NCBI RefSeq assembly: GCF_009914755.1
Contig: NC_060936.1
Direction: 5' to 3' (one strand)
DNA length: 64,000 nt
Source of the DNA: the human T2T-CHM13v2.0 reference genome, Homo sapiens
Shown here: positions 15,180 to 27,879 of the stretch, piece by piece
How positions within the stretch are numbered: position 1 is the stretch's first letter
Layout: every line of letters starts with the position of its first letter
The notes under the pieces: generated by a model
Database searches by the model: none
The model's input: only the letters and a program-made list of their open reading frames with translations
Told to the model about the DNA's origin: nothing
Translations under genes and position numbers: made by a program

Positions 15180-16553
15180 AATATGGAAACACTGTATATG
15201 CTAACAATTATTTCACCTTTAAAATACATAAAATAACATCCTAGTTATCATAAGGCTCACAATAGAACACTGATCATTAAAGCTAAAGAGTTTAACTGTG
15301 CAAACAGGAAAGATTAAGAGTATAAAAACACAGTATGTGATGTCATAGGATTGTAAAAATAAAGCTATTATGGAATTGAGAAAGGTAAACAGAAAAATGG
15401 GATGGTTGACAGATAACTAGTACAGGAAACAAGTGAGCAAACCTCTTAAAAAAATCCTGCTTTAAATGCCTGCATTTACTCAAATCATTTTAGAGGAGAT
15501 AAAAGTCAGTGGCTCACAACTTTGGGCGTAGGGAGGAGAGACATCACTTAATAAAAGACTAAAAAACTTAAAAAACTCCGAGGAGAATCTAGTAAACAGG
15601 AAACTTCTTTTACCTCCCTCATCTCTGCTTTTAGTAAAACAACTAAGTATTTGTATATTCAGATAATTATATGGAATAATTATATGGAATGTCTCTCCAT
15701 GTAAGCCATATCTACAATAAGATCTTCCCAGCAAAACATAAGTTCTTTCCACAAGGTCCATAAATGGACTTTAGATATCTCTGGATCCCTACTCTATCTC
15801 TTACAAATGTATGTAAATTCTGTGTATGTGCACATCTTTCCGTAAAGACATCTGCTTTTAGTAATAGCTTCCAGAACTAGCTTCAAAGTTATACTGCTTC
15901 AGAATGAAATATCTTGTCCATTCATTCTTATAAGTCAAAAAATGTCTAGTTCATTATCTTTATACTTAGCAAAGTAACATTTCAAATACTCTCCTAAAAT
16001 ATGACTCTTACCATAAGGGGATACCCTAATTAATGACTCTCTTGATGTTGGACACTTATCTTTAAAAAAATATAGAGTTGCCCAGAGTATTTTAAATAAA
16101 CATTGTGTGTGTAAGAAAAAAACTACGCTGAATACTTTAATGCAGTACGAAATTCACAGCTAGAGAAAGGCCCTACTGATCACCAATTGTTCTTAAACAT
16201 CAAGTTTTCCCCTCCATCATTTAATCATATTACCACTTTTCTATGTGCTTTTTAGTTGTGTTATGGACATAAAAGCCATGAACTAATTTTTTTAACTGGA
16301 ATACTATTATCCCTACCCTACAAAATTCCTACCATAAGCTGAAAAAGTTATGTGAGGTACTGAATCAAATCACATATTCTATCTTGAGAACACTACACTA
16401 GCATTTAACACCATGGAGAGTTAAACATGGCTTCAGGGTGTAATTGCTGAACCCACACCCAGCTCAAAAATAGCAACTGTAATAAACGTAATGCTGTTAT
16501 ACCGTTTTCCTGAGATTACTCAACACCTCAGAGAGGAGGATCAAAACAATTAT

Positions 16554-17051
16554 TGTAGGAGTTCAGACAGGGCGGTGGGAGAAATTATAAGAGGAAATTA
16601 TAGAAAGAAGCAAACCTTCTTGGAAGGCCAGGAGGTTCTGCAAAAGCTTCAAAAGACAATTTGGCTGAAGGCAGCTGAATTCTCTTAAAAGCTTAGGTTA
16701 GATAACAAGGGGATGTAAAGGAATTGATCTAGGTAAGTTAGTTTACTCAGGCTTCGGAACCTGGAACCTGGCCTTTAATCATTCGTGCACAGGACTGCTC
16801 TCTTGGTGGGTGGGGGAGGGGAGCGGGCATGTTAATTACCCACACGTGTGTTGACTCAAAGCCTTTGTCATTAAATCTGTACTAAATAAATACAAATATT
16901 GCTGGCTTATTGGGGCTTCACTCTCGCTGTACTCTCTCGTCAGCGGTGCTGAGCAGTGAAGTCCCCTCATCACTCTGTCAGGCAAAATACCTGTGTCAGG
17001 GTACACTTTTTCATCCATAGTTCAGCCAGGGTCTGTGGGTCAGACCCGGCA
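16554..17051 (+). mobile_element. Solo ERVK-class LTR, LTR22-like (HML-5)
   Basis: 498 bp, TG...CA termini, perfect 6-bp TSD AATTAT (16548-16553 and 17052-17057), ATTAAA/AATAAA near 16870-16890; family name from recall. Confidence 0.8.
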
Positions 17052-17100
17052 AATTATTTTCTGCCTCAGCAGATTACTTGCTTTAGTTGATGTGTAATAA

Positions 17101-17472
<372 letters not shown>

Positions 17473-17574
17473 TAAACTGAGAAATAAAAAACCTTATTAC
17501 TGAAGACATACAAGCTTTAAGTGTGAGAAAGTATCATATGGCTAGAACGAACACTAAATTTTACTGCATTTCTT

Positions 17575-17800
17575 AAACGTGTATGTGCCAGGCACTACGT
17601 TCAATCCTTTAGATATATTCTTAAACTTCACAATTGTCCTGATGGTAATCTATCATCCATTCACATTTTACATTTGAGAAACAGTATTTAAGAGAGAGAG
17701 ATCTTAGAGGTAACATAACTTCTCTAAGATTAGCTACTAAGTGGCAGAATCAGGACTCTGAAACACAGCATTGCCTGACCACAGAGCCTCTGCTTTTCAA
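17575..17800. mobile_element. MIR fragment
   Basis: TGTGCCAGGCACT...CATTTTACA..TGAGAAAC...AAGTGGCAGAATCAGGA MIR-like motifs. Confidence 0.65.
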
Positions 17801-18229
17801 TGTCTTAGCATTTTGCCTGCTCAAATTAAATTGAGAATCCACTAGAAAGTGTAAGTCTTATTGATGGTGGGCCAGTAGTATTACCTGTGTATCTCCTATT
17901 GTATATTACTACACATGTAGTAGCTACCCAAAGATAGCTGACTAAAGGAAGCCCATGCCCTACTGCAAAACAGAATAGCTTCAAGAAGAATGCATGATTT
18001 GGCCCATGGAAAACAGATCAAATGTTTTGATGAATGGCATGTATAATATCAGAGAAAAGTAACCCTAGAAGGAACTGTTATATATATATGTCTTATTTTA
18101 AAATAACAGCATGAGCCCATGAAGAAATAACCATTCAAGAGTTATCAGTGATGACTATTAAAAAGCAGATATTTTACCTCTCAACTAAATGTTTAATTAA
18201 ATAGGAACACTGAAGGTGCATGTAACTTT

Positions 18230-18235
18230 TTTATT
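18230..18235 (-). terminator. CAPRIN2: CAPRIN2 distal polyadenylation signal AATAAA (ATTAAA also at 18192-18197)
   Basis: Canonical hexamer ~330 nt after the stop codon. Confidence 0.7.
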
Positions 18236-18565
18236 GAGGCACAACAAGGCATTGTAACTTGCCTGGACTTGAGGCAGTCAGTTTAGTAAGCTGAACGTTA
18301 ATACAGTTAAGGATTAAGTGCAAACAATATACATTCACAGCTTGACTAGCGAGGCTACATCACAATTTATAAAGTGCCAGATTAGTGCTAATTGTCATTC
18401 AGCTTGATTTTTCACCTCAGGAAGGAAAACAAAAAAGTAAGGACCTCCTCCCTCTAGGAACAAAAACATTTTCCTAAACCAATCAGTCATGAGGGCAAAG
18501 ACTACTTTTCCTTCAATCCCACTAATTAGAACACCATCCTTTTATTGTCAATACTGTACTGACTT

Positions 18566-19134
18566 TCAATCTTGATAAAGAAGATAGCCTGAAAACGTAG
18601 AATATTTCCAGCTACTTCCATAAATTGCTCCCCTGTGCAGACGTAACCATATCTGGTCTCCCTGGAAGAGCTGAAGAATTGCATGATTGCTAGCAGTTTC
18701 ATGGTCTGGAGCACCATCATTGGCATAGGCTGATACCAAGACCTCTTCATTCTTCATGAGGTTGACATACAGTGGCACATTCACTGCCAGCTTTAGCATG
18801 TGAAAAATGAAAACGTAAGTGCCATTCACTGGGCAATTAAATCTACCAAGCTGAAGATCAAAAGTTTCTCCTAAGTTGTTCAGAAGAAGATCAAACACAA
18901 TAGGTTGGTCTAAAGTTCCAGGGGCCAGATTAGAGGTTCTGGCTGCTGAGAAGGCAACTCGCATCTGCTGAGGCAGAGGGTAGACGTGTACTGGCAGTAT
19001 GGTGGCTGCTGGATTTGTCACTGGCACATCCACAGGGGTCATGCTACGGGAGTCTCCTTGTCCAGAGTCACCACTGTTAAAGGTTTCGTTGTCTCTTTCT
19101 GGGCTGCTCACCTGAGAAGAATCACTCCACCCTG
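18566..19134 (-). CDS. CAPRIN2: Caprin-2 coding exon 18 (terminal, C1q globular domain)
   Basis: (A)GWSDSSQVSSPERD...VAFSAART...FNCPVNGTYVFIFH...STFSGYLLYQD*; acceptor AAACAG at 19135. Confidence 0.96.
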
Positions 19135-20229
19135 CTGTTTTATTAGCAACAGTGAGTTTCTCATAATGAAGCAGTTAGCTTTGAACACAATATTTAACAT
19201 TAGTCGGCTACTGAAACAGACAAAGATACATTTTATAGTAAATTCCAAAACAAAAGCAATATATAGCTAGATTATACTTTTCTAGATTTTTCTGGTAATA
19301 GGTTTTTACATACTCTTCTAAAGCCAGAAAGCTCCAAGATAATCTTGTCTAACTGATCCTTTTTTAAGATTAAGAAAATGTGGCCCCCAAAAGGCCAGAT
19401 AACTTAGCAAAGTCTAAAACTCAGGTCTGAACACTTTTTACTTCATCTTCCTCCCATAATTCTTAATTTCTCAGAGGTCATTCTACAAAGCACCTAATGT
19501 AGAAGGTCTCAAGAAAATGGAGACTACATAAAAGAACCAATTTTTAGAACTACTAGCCACTAGCCATTCAGAGATATATTGATATGGAACTAAGTCCCAT
19601 GATGATGAATGCTTTTTTTATTTCCAAGTCATACACTTGTAATGTTTTAAGTGCCATACAAAAACACTGCTCACACTAAGGCAAAGGCAAATTGAATACT
19701 AGCTATTTTTTCAGAAGGAAAAGATTGCTTTCCTGTGCCAAAGTTACTCTTCAGTGATTTTTCTTCTCCCTTATACAAACTTTTAATAGTTCCTTCACAT
19801 TTTAAAAAGTGTTATAACTATTCTGCTATTGTCTCAAGTTACGGTGTCTTAATTTGTGCTTATTTGAATCTATTAATGCAGTGACACTACAGTAAGAAGT
19901 ACCCATTATTACAAAAACCACCATCGTGAATCATCACATGAAAAATATTCGAAATCAGCATAGTGAATATATAAAGTTAAATATGCTCTAGTGTCAAGCA
20001 GATTTTTAAAAAACACCCACCCTTTTAATTCAATTTGCAATTGGTTTCCATAGCCTATCTAGTGGTCTAGTATCTCCCTTAGTACTTTAGTACTACATTC
20101 AAGCAAATTGAAAACCTCAACAAGATAAATGCTAAAAAGCAATGTGCTTTGGAAAGAACTTGGTAGAGGATGCAGAAAGAACTAGAGACATGTGCTGGGT
20201 AAGAAAACTATTCAGCTAATTACCCTTAC

Positions 20230-20293
20230 CTCTCGAATTTGCTCGTGGACCACCAGATGTCCCTCCTCGCTTATAACACTGCTGGAAATTATC
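20230..20293 (-). CDS. CAPRIN2: Caprin-2 coding exon 17
   Basis: DNFQQCYKRGGTSGGPRANSR; TTTAG| ... G|GTAAGG. Confidence 0.95.
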
Positions 20294-21397
20294 CTAAAGT
20301 GAACATATAATATTTACCTTGGCATCAAAAATGCAGGACTATAATTGGTTATTACACAGGACTACCGGCTGGCAAATAAGATTAGTCCCCTTAGTTCTTT
20401 ACCTGGCCTTCCCCAGCAACCAAAGAGGCTCAGATGTTTCCAAACACTAAGAAAAACAAAGCAAGGGCAACAGTGGCATTACTTGCTTCACCTGTTAATT
20501 AACCTGACCAATCAGATCTGTTAATACCTGAAAAACAACAAAGCACTTGGAGAATACTATGTAAAAGATACAATGCTAGGTAATGAGAGAAATTTTTAAA
20601 TGTGGCATGGTCCTCTGTCCCTCATCTCAGTATAAAAGGACATCATAAAGCAAAAACACAGACTTTTCTCAACCTTGCTCTATTTATACACCAAACTGGG
20701 AAGACCAATACCAACTGTGTTGGGGTTTGGGAATTTTTTTTTAAGAAATTGATAAAAAATTATATTGTATAAATATATTTATTGCCTAGAAATATAATCT
20801 AATATATTAAGAAAAAATGTTCCAGGGGCAGTACTTCAAACAAACTCAAGTATGAAGGAAGCCAAACTTCATACAACCCATGAAAAGAATAATTAGTGGT
20901 GTAATTATTATATGCAATAAAAATTGAAACAGGACAAGAAGGTACACAATAAAAATAATAAAGCCTCTTACTCCATACTCCCAGTTGCCCCTTTGCAATA
21001 GCAACTAGCATTATCAGTTTCTTGTTCCTCAGGAAAAATGTAAAAGAGCACACAAAATACTGTAATAGTGGTATTAAGAAGAGACAGTTCTTTTACCTAA
21101 GTCTGTATTAATAAACATCCTCCCCTCACATACATTCCCTGAGGATCACATAATAACATCTAATATTTGCACGGCTGATATACACACCTGGCTCTGTAGT
21201 GCTAAGCACTTAGGTGCTTTAGTTCATTTAATTCTCAGAATATCTCATGGAGAATACCTCAGTGTTAGATGAAAAACTAACAGATGAGGAATTAGAGCTC
21301 AAAAAGTTTCACTAACTTATCTGAGGTCACATGGCAAGAGAAGTGATAAATGAGGGGTCAAACCCAAGGCATTTAGATTCCAAGATGTTTTCCACTC

Positions 21398-21745
<348 letters not shown>

Positions 21746-22438
21746 TAACTGTAAGTTCTTCAAGGATAGGTATTTTATATATTACCAACAGAACTCAGTA
21801 TGGTACCATACACATACTCAAAAGCTTGTAAAACTTCAAAACTGAATATGCTGATGTATTATAGATTCAAATCCGTAAGTTCCCAAGTTTTGTTAAAGTG
21901 GAATTTCTAACATCCTCTTATGAGTCTTTTACCATATGTAGTAAAGAAAATATGCTGGGTTCTTCAAGTAAGTACAAACAACAACAAAAAACTTACGAAA
22001 AAGGGCTTTGCTACATTTGCTATTTAGGCAAGTTAAGCTGAAGGCAATGTAGTAAAGTTAAAATCATGGGCTCTGGAGTAAGAAAGTCACATTCTAATCT
22101 TAGTTTACCATTTCCTTGATAAGTGACGTTAGGTAAGTTATTTAACCTCTGAACCCATTTCTCCTGTGAGGTGGAAGAGCAAATGAGTTAATGCAAACAA
22201 CATGATTAATAATGTCCTTAACACCTTCTAAGTTCCACATAACAAGCAATTATCATTTATCTTTCTTGGGTAATTGCAAAAACTTCCAACTCAACTCTTC
22301 TCCATAGGACTTACAAGTAGTTTTAAAACTAAGAGTGCACTTTCAGAAAACAAATTATGACTCTGCGATATACTTCAATCACCAGCTTAACATCAACAAC
22401 TGTACCACTATTCAACTATGACAACTATTCTTACTTAC

Positions 22439-22539
22439 CCTTTGGGAATAAGGTGCTCCAGAATACTCTCTAGCTTGGAACTGCAGCTGGCTATAATTTC
22501 CATTGGAAATTGAAGGGAGTCCTCTATAAGTATCAAAAC
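22439..22539 (-). CDS. CAPRIN2: Caprin-2 coding exon 16
   Basis: (G)FDTYRGLPSISNGNYSQLQFQAREYSGAPYSQR; ATTAG| ... AGG|GTAAGT. Confidence 0.95.
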
Positions 22540-22827
22540 CTAATAAATAAACAAACTTACATAAGATTATGGACAAAATCATATTAAACTTTTAAACAGT
22601 CTAATTCTATATTGCTTTAAAAGTTAAATTGATTATATAATGCCATCATTAGACTTATGCCCTCTTTAAGCAAACTCTACTAATATTGCTTCCAAAGTAA
22701 AACATATTTATAGAACATTGCCGTCTTCAAATAAGCCAGGTTTATAAATTTACTACTGCTAAATGCAAGGTGGGGTTGGGAAAGGGTGGTGGTAGGGCAG
22801 TTAGGTACTTAGGGCCTCTGTCTAGGG

Positions 22828-23136
22828 TTGTTTTGTTGTTGTTTGCTTTTTTACAGGCAGTGCCTCGCTCTGTTACTCAGGCTGGAGCACAGTAGTGAGA
22901 TCACAGCTCACTGTAACCTCAAACTGTTGGACTCAAGCATTCTTCCCAGTTCAGCCTCCCAAGTAGCTGGGACTACAGGTGCATATCACCATGCCCAGCT
23001 AATATTTTTTAATTCTTTGTAGAGGTAGGGTCTCACTATGTTGCCCAGGCTGGTCACAAACTCCTGGCCTCAATGATCCTCCTATTTTGGCATCCCAAAG
23101 TAATGGGATGACAGGCGTCAGCTACCACACCCAGCC
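22828..23136 (-). mobile_element. Alu (AluJ-like)
   Basis: Diverged antisense Alu; TGTCTAG on both flanks. Confidence 0.9.
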
Positions 23137-23612
23137 TGTCTAGAGTATTTTTGTTAATAATAAGTAGTGACTAGGACACTTGGAACCATAACAACAGTTT
23201 AAGAGAATATCACTATTATAGTCTCAAATTCTATATTCTTCTTTGTGACATAATCTAACAAATAACTAGAAATAATTAGAAAATGGGCATCTTGTAAATA
23301 TGATACACTTTTAGCAGAGTTAAGTCAACAAAAGAAAAACATTACTCAAATATGAAAATTCATCCTTTGTAAAACAATATGGTGAAACTTTCCACTTCAG
23401 TAAGTCACAAAATCAATCTGCTTTTCATACAGAAAATTAGTTCCTCTGTTATGGAGAATAGGTATATTAAAAATACTTTATTATCCACAAACAGGAAATT
23501 CTCTACTACGTTGTAAATGACAAAAGGGAGCAAGGTTAGGTAAAAATGGTGTGAGTCAAGTAAACACACAGACAAAATAATTCAGTATAATTCAATTTTA
23601 TTCAGGGCATAC

Positions 23613-23798
23613 CTTTATAACCACCAGGGGACCGATAGGAATTGGTTATTAATCTCCCACCACGAGTACATCCTCTAACAGATCCCCGGCTATTGACAAA
23701 TGGCTGAGTAGGTCTGGGAAATACATTCGTCTGTGCTGGGTAAAAGGCAAGGCTACCATTGCTTACTTGAATAGTTCCATCAGGATGATAATTTGCTG
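23613..23798 (-). CDS. CAPRIN2: Caprin-2 coding exon 15 (RG/RGG-containing)
   Basis: (A)ANYHPDGTIQVSNG...SRGSVRGCTRGGRLITNSYRSPGGYK; TTAAG|CAG ... G|GTATGC. Confidence 0.95.
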
Positions 23799-23967
23799 CT
23801 TAAGAAAAACGATTTTAGGGTCCAAGAGTTAAATGGTAATAGTCTTTATACTTAAAAGCCAATATATATCAAAATCATTAATACAATTTGCTGCCTTTAA
23901 AAATAAATAGGAGATACATATATTCATGTATATAATTCATCTACATGACTCAAATACGTAATTCATA

Positions 23968-24357
23968 TATATAATGGAATATTATTCAGCCTAAAAAAGG
24001 AAGAAAATTTTGACCCATGCTACAACATGAATGAACCCTTAAGACATGCCAAGTAAAATAAGCTAGTTTCAAAAGCACAAATATTGTATACCACTTATAT
24101 GAGGTACCTAGAGCAGTCATTTTCAGAATCAGAAAGTAGAATGGTGGTTGCCAGGGGCTGGGGGGAGAGGAGGAGGAGGAGTTAGTATTAAATGATTACA
24201 AAGTTTCAGTTGGGGGGAGATGAAAAGTTCTGGAGGTGGACAGGGGTAATAATTACACAACAGTTTGGTTGTACTTAATGCCACAGAACTATATAGTTAA
24301 AAATGATTAAAATGGTAATTTTTATGTTATGTATACTTTACGACAATTTTTAAAAAG
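23968..24357 (+). mobile_element. Old L1 (L1M) 3' end
   Basis: AATGGAATATTATTCAGCC...GTAGAATGGTGGTTGCCAGGGGCTGGGG...TTTTATGTTATGTATA. Confidence 0.85.
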
Positions 24358-25161
24358 CAGGCTAAATACTCCAGATGAGGGAGTAAAAGAAAATGGATTC
24401 TAATTAATATCTGAGAAGGCACCTGACAAAAATATCCCTTACGTAAGTCACCTGCCCTGTCTTTCAACAGTAGAGGGGAGAACAGAATCAGGTCATCTAT
24501 GCCTAGGTCCCAGAATTCATATTACTACCTCTTCATCACTTGATTAGCCAAGTACTCAGAATGCTCAATTCATTTGCTCCGACTTCAGTTAAAAAACTCA
24601 ATAGGGATCTGAAATACCAATACAAAAAATCTACAAGTGCTTCTTAAATTTAAATTAAGAAATGAGTACAAAGTTACCTATTCTTTCATGATTTAGAACA
24701 GCATGAAAAATCAAAATAGCCTCCCATCTCTAAGCAAACAGTACAATGAGCATACTAAGTCATATCTTCAATCTTTTATTATAAGATAGAAAAGGACAGA
24801 TAACCATTTGTTAAAAGGATTAACAGAATGGTTTCAAAACCTTCATATAAGCAGCCAGATAGTGCCCATCTACCTCAATCACTGTCTGTGGTAATCAAAG
24901 CAAATAGATTTAAAAATACAAACCTACTTCAAGGTTAAATCCGTCATCTAAGTTCTATCTCTACAAAAATTAAAATTAATAGGTAAACTTAACACAAAAA
25001 AGGGCATTAGGTTTTTCTCAACACTGGAGGAACATGTAAAGAAATAATGCTTACTGGTCAGGAAAATACTTCTAAAGTGTCACTACAGACTTCCTAGACT
25101 TGCTGTCCATTCAATTGGCTGTCCCTCTAAGTCTTCCAAATATCATATGCAAAGATCTTAC

Positions 25162-25330
25162 CAGTCTCTTGAGAATGGACAGTTTGTTCTACATGTATAG
25201 ATGGCAGTTGGCACTGGGGTGGTGTTTGTGTACTTGCTGTGGTAAAACTTTGATTGTAGCCAGGTGAATAAGGGGATTCTTTTATTTCTTGTTCTTTTCG
25301 TGGAGGCAGAGGTGCATTAACGTTAAATAC
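25162..25330 (-). CDS. CAPRIN2: Caprin-2 coding exon 14
   Basis: VFNVNAPLPPRKEQEIKESPYSPGYNQSFTTASTQTPPQCQLPSIHVEQTVHSQET; TTTAAG| ... G|GTAAGA. Confidence 0.96.
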
Positions 25331-25429
25331 CTTAAAAGACAAGGACACACTGAGTCATTTGGGAAGTTTCAAAGAAAATGCTTAAGGGTGGTATCCAGCA
25401 AAATTGTACATTCAAAAACTTCTATTTTG

Positions 25430-26260
25430 CAGGCAAAGGACTTGAATAGACATCTCTCCAAAGAAGATAAATGGCAAATAAGCACATGAAAACATGCTCA
25501 TCATCATTAGTCATTAGGGAAATGTAAATCCAAACCATAATGCCATAAAATTTTATACCCATTAGCAGGGCTATTATCAAAAAGACAGAAAATAAGTGTT
25601 GGCAAGGATGCGGAGGAACTGGAACCCTCATGCATTGCCGGTGGGAATGCAAAATGGTGCAGTCGCCCTGTGGAAAACAGTATGCTGCCTTTTCAAAAAG
25701 TATAGAATTAACATATGATCCACTAATTCCATTTCTAGGTATATACCCAAAATAACTGAAAGCAGGACTCAAACAGATATTTACACACCCATGTTCATAG
25801 CAGCATTATTCAGAATAGCCAAAAGGTACAAACAACTCAATTTCCCAACAGATGAATGGATAAGCGAAATGAAGTACATACATAAAATGGATTATTCAGC
25901 CATACAAAAATGAAATCCTGATACACTGTATAACGCAAATGAACTTTGAAAACATTATGCAAAGTGCAGTAAGCCAGATACAAAAGGAAAAATGTTGTAG
26001 GATACCACTAATATGAGGTAGAATAGGTAAATTCATAGAAGCGAAGTAGAATAGAGGTTAGCAGAGCTGTGGAGGGGGTTACAAACAGGAAGTTATTGTT
26101 TAATGAGTACTGAGTTTCTGTTTGGAATAATGACAAAGTTATGAAAGTAGTGATGATGATTGCACATTATGAATATACTTAATGCCACTGAATTGTATAC
26201 TTTAAAAAGATTAAAATGGTAAATTCTGTTACATACATTTTACCATAGTAAAAAAAAAAC
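25430..26260 (+). mobile_element. Old L1 (L1M) ORF2 end and 3'UTR
   Basis: GCAAAGGACTTGAATAGACAT...CCCATGTTCATAGCAGCATTATTC... ending in an A-rich tail. Confidence 0.88.
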
Positions 26261-27732
26261 AAAAAAACACTCCTACTTGATTCCTGACAGATTTTACACC
26301 TAACAGCAAAAGTTAATCTTCCTGCTATTATGCTATCATAATAATGCTGAGAATAAAAGCTATACAAGGGTAAGGGGTCTTTTTTTCAAAAACTAAAGAT
26401 GAATGAAATATTTTACCATTTAATGAATCTTTATCACGTGGCAAGCAACGATCTGTCCTTCTATGACTCTCTAGCTCCCTGATTCTGCTCCATTTTTCTT
26501 TACATCACACAGCACCTGATATACAGGTATTTGTCTCCCTAGCCCTCCTACCTCCATACTAAAATGTTAAGTTTCCTGAGCATACTTTTCTTTTTTCACT
26601 GCTACAACCTCAGTGATTAAGAACAGTGCCTGGTTTTGTAACTATTCTTTAATCAATAAATGAGTAAGAACCAATGTGTACCGGGTAGGATTCAAACAGG
26701 CAGAGAAAACAGATTGGCATGAGCAAAAGGTACTGTGACAAGAATATATAAGGCAAGCTCAGGGGACTAGTGTGACAGGTTATAACAGACTTGAAAAGGT
26801 ACTGAGTGTCAGAGTACTAAATTTCATTCTGTAATGGAACACTGCTTGCTTTTAATTAGACAAAAGAAAAGGTAAAACCAATGTGGCTATACTGTGCAGG
26901 ATGAACTGACAGGAAAAGAGTGAAAGCAAGGAACTATTCTATCTAGAAATAAGATATTCTAAGTGATAAGGTGAGTGAATTCAGCTGTCTGGACTCACCA
27001 GCCGATCTCCCGGGGTGGTGCCTGCTTTCCATGCTACTCCACTGGCCCCACTACCACCATCACTCCGAAGTGCTTGGAGTGGGACACTAAGCACCAATAG
27101 GAAGGGTACTTATTGGCTCACTAAGGCTTTTTTCCCCCACAAAGAACTGTTTTATACTAGTCTGTGTTTAGAGAATAAACATACCAAACTAGCTGTAATA
27201 TTATTTTTTTAAAAAGCCTTAACTGCAATTTGTAGAAAAATACGTAATTCAAAACACCACACAAATCTGAACAAATCTCCAAAAACCATCTTGAGATCAG
27301 GATAAAATAAAATGAAAGTTTCAGCAATGACAGAACACCCAAGTATGTGTCCGGTATTTCAGGTTACTGATGTTAGGGAATAATACTAGTAAAGATATTA
27401 GTAATGGTTAGTATTATTAAGCTGTTGCTAGAAATTCTGTTTCTCACCCACACATTTTGTTTGTTTAATATGGATCCTCAGCTTTGCCTGCTACTAATTC
27501 TAAAAGAAGGAATAATGCTCTGATAAAACACCCATTTAAAATTCTAGAGGCTGTGGATTTCCTATTCTTCTGCCACAAACAAGTATTGCCATTGGCCAAA
27601 TATAATTCTACCAACCCAAATAAATTTTACAAAAGGCAAACTTTTCACATAGTATCCAATAATTATGTAAGAGAAACAATGGCTTTTAACAGGAATAATG
27701 AACTGCAATCATCATTCATGTTTCATACTCAC

Positions 27733-27879
27733 TGTCTGCATGGCTTGAAAGGGTGCTGTGTTAATGGTTACTGAACTACTACTTGCTGGAGGTGACTGGA
27801 AGCCCTGTTCAGAGCCCTTTGCCATGGGAGGATTTGGAGAAGCTAGTGAAGACGGTTGCTTGCCTGGGGGAATTGCTGC
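27733..27879 (-). CDS. CAPRIN2: Caprin-2 coding exon 13 (147 nt, phase 0-0)
   Basis: AAIPPGKQPSSLASPNPPMAKGSEQGFQSPPASSSSVTINTAPFQAMQT; CCCCAG| ... ACA|GTGAGT. Confidence 0.95.
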
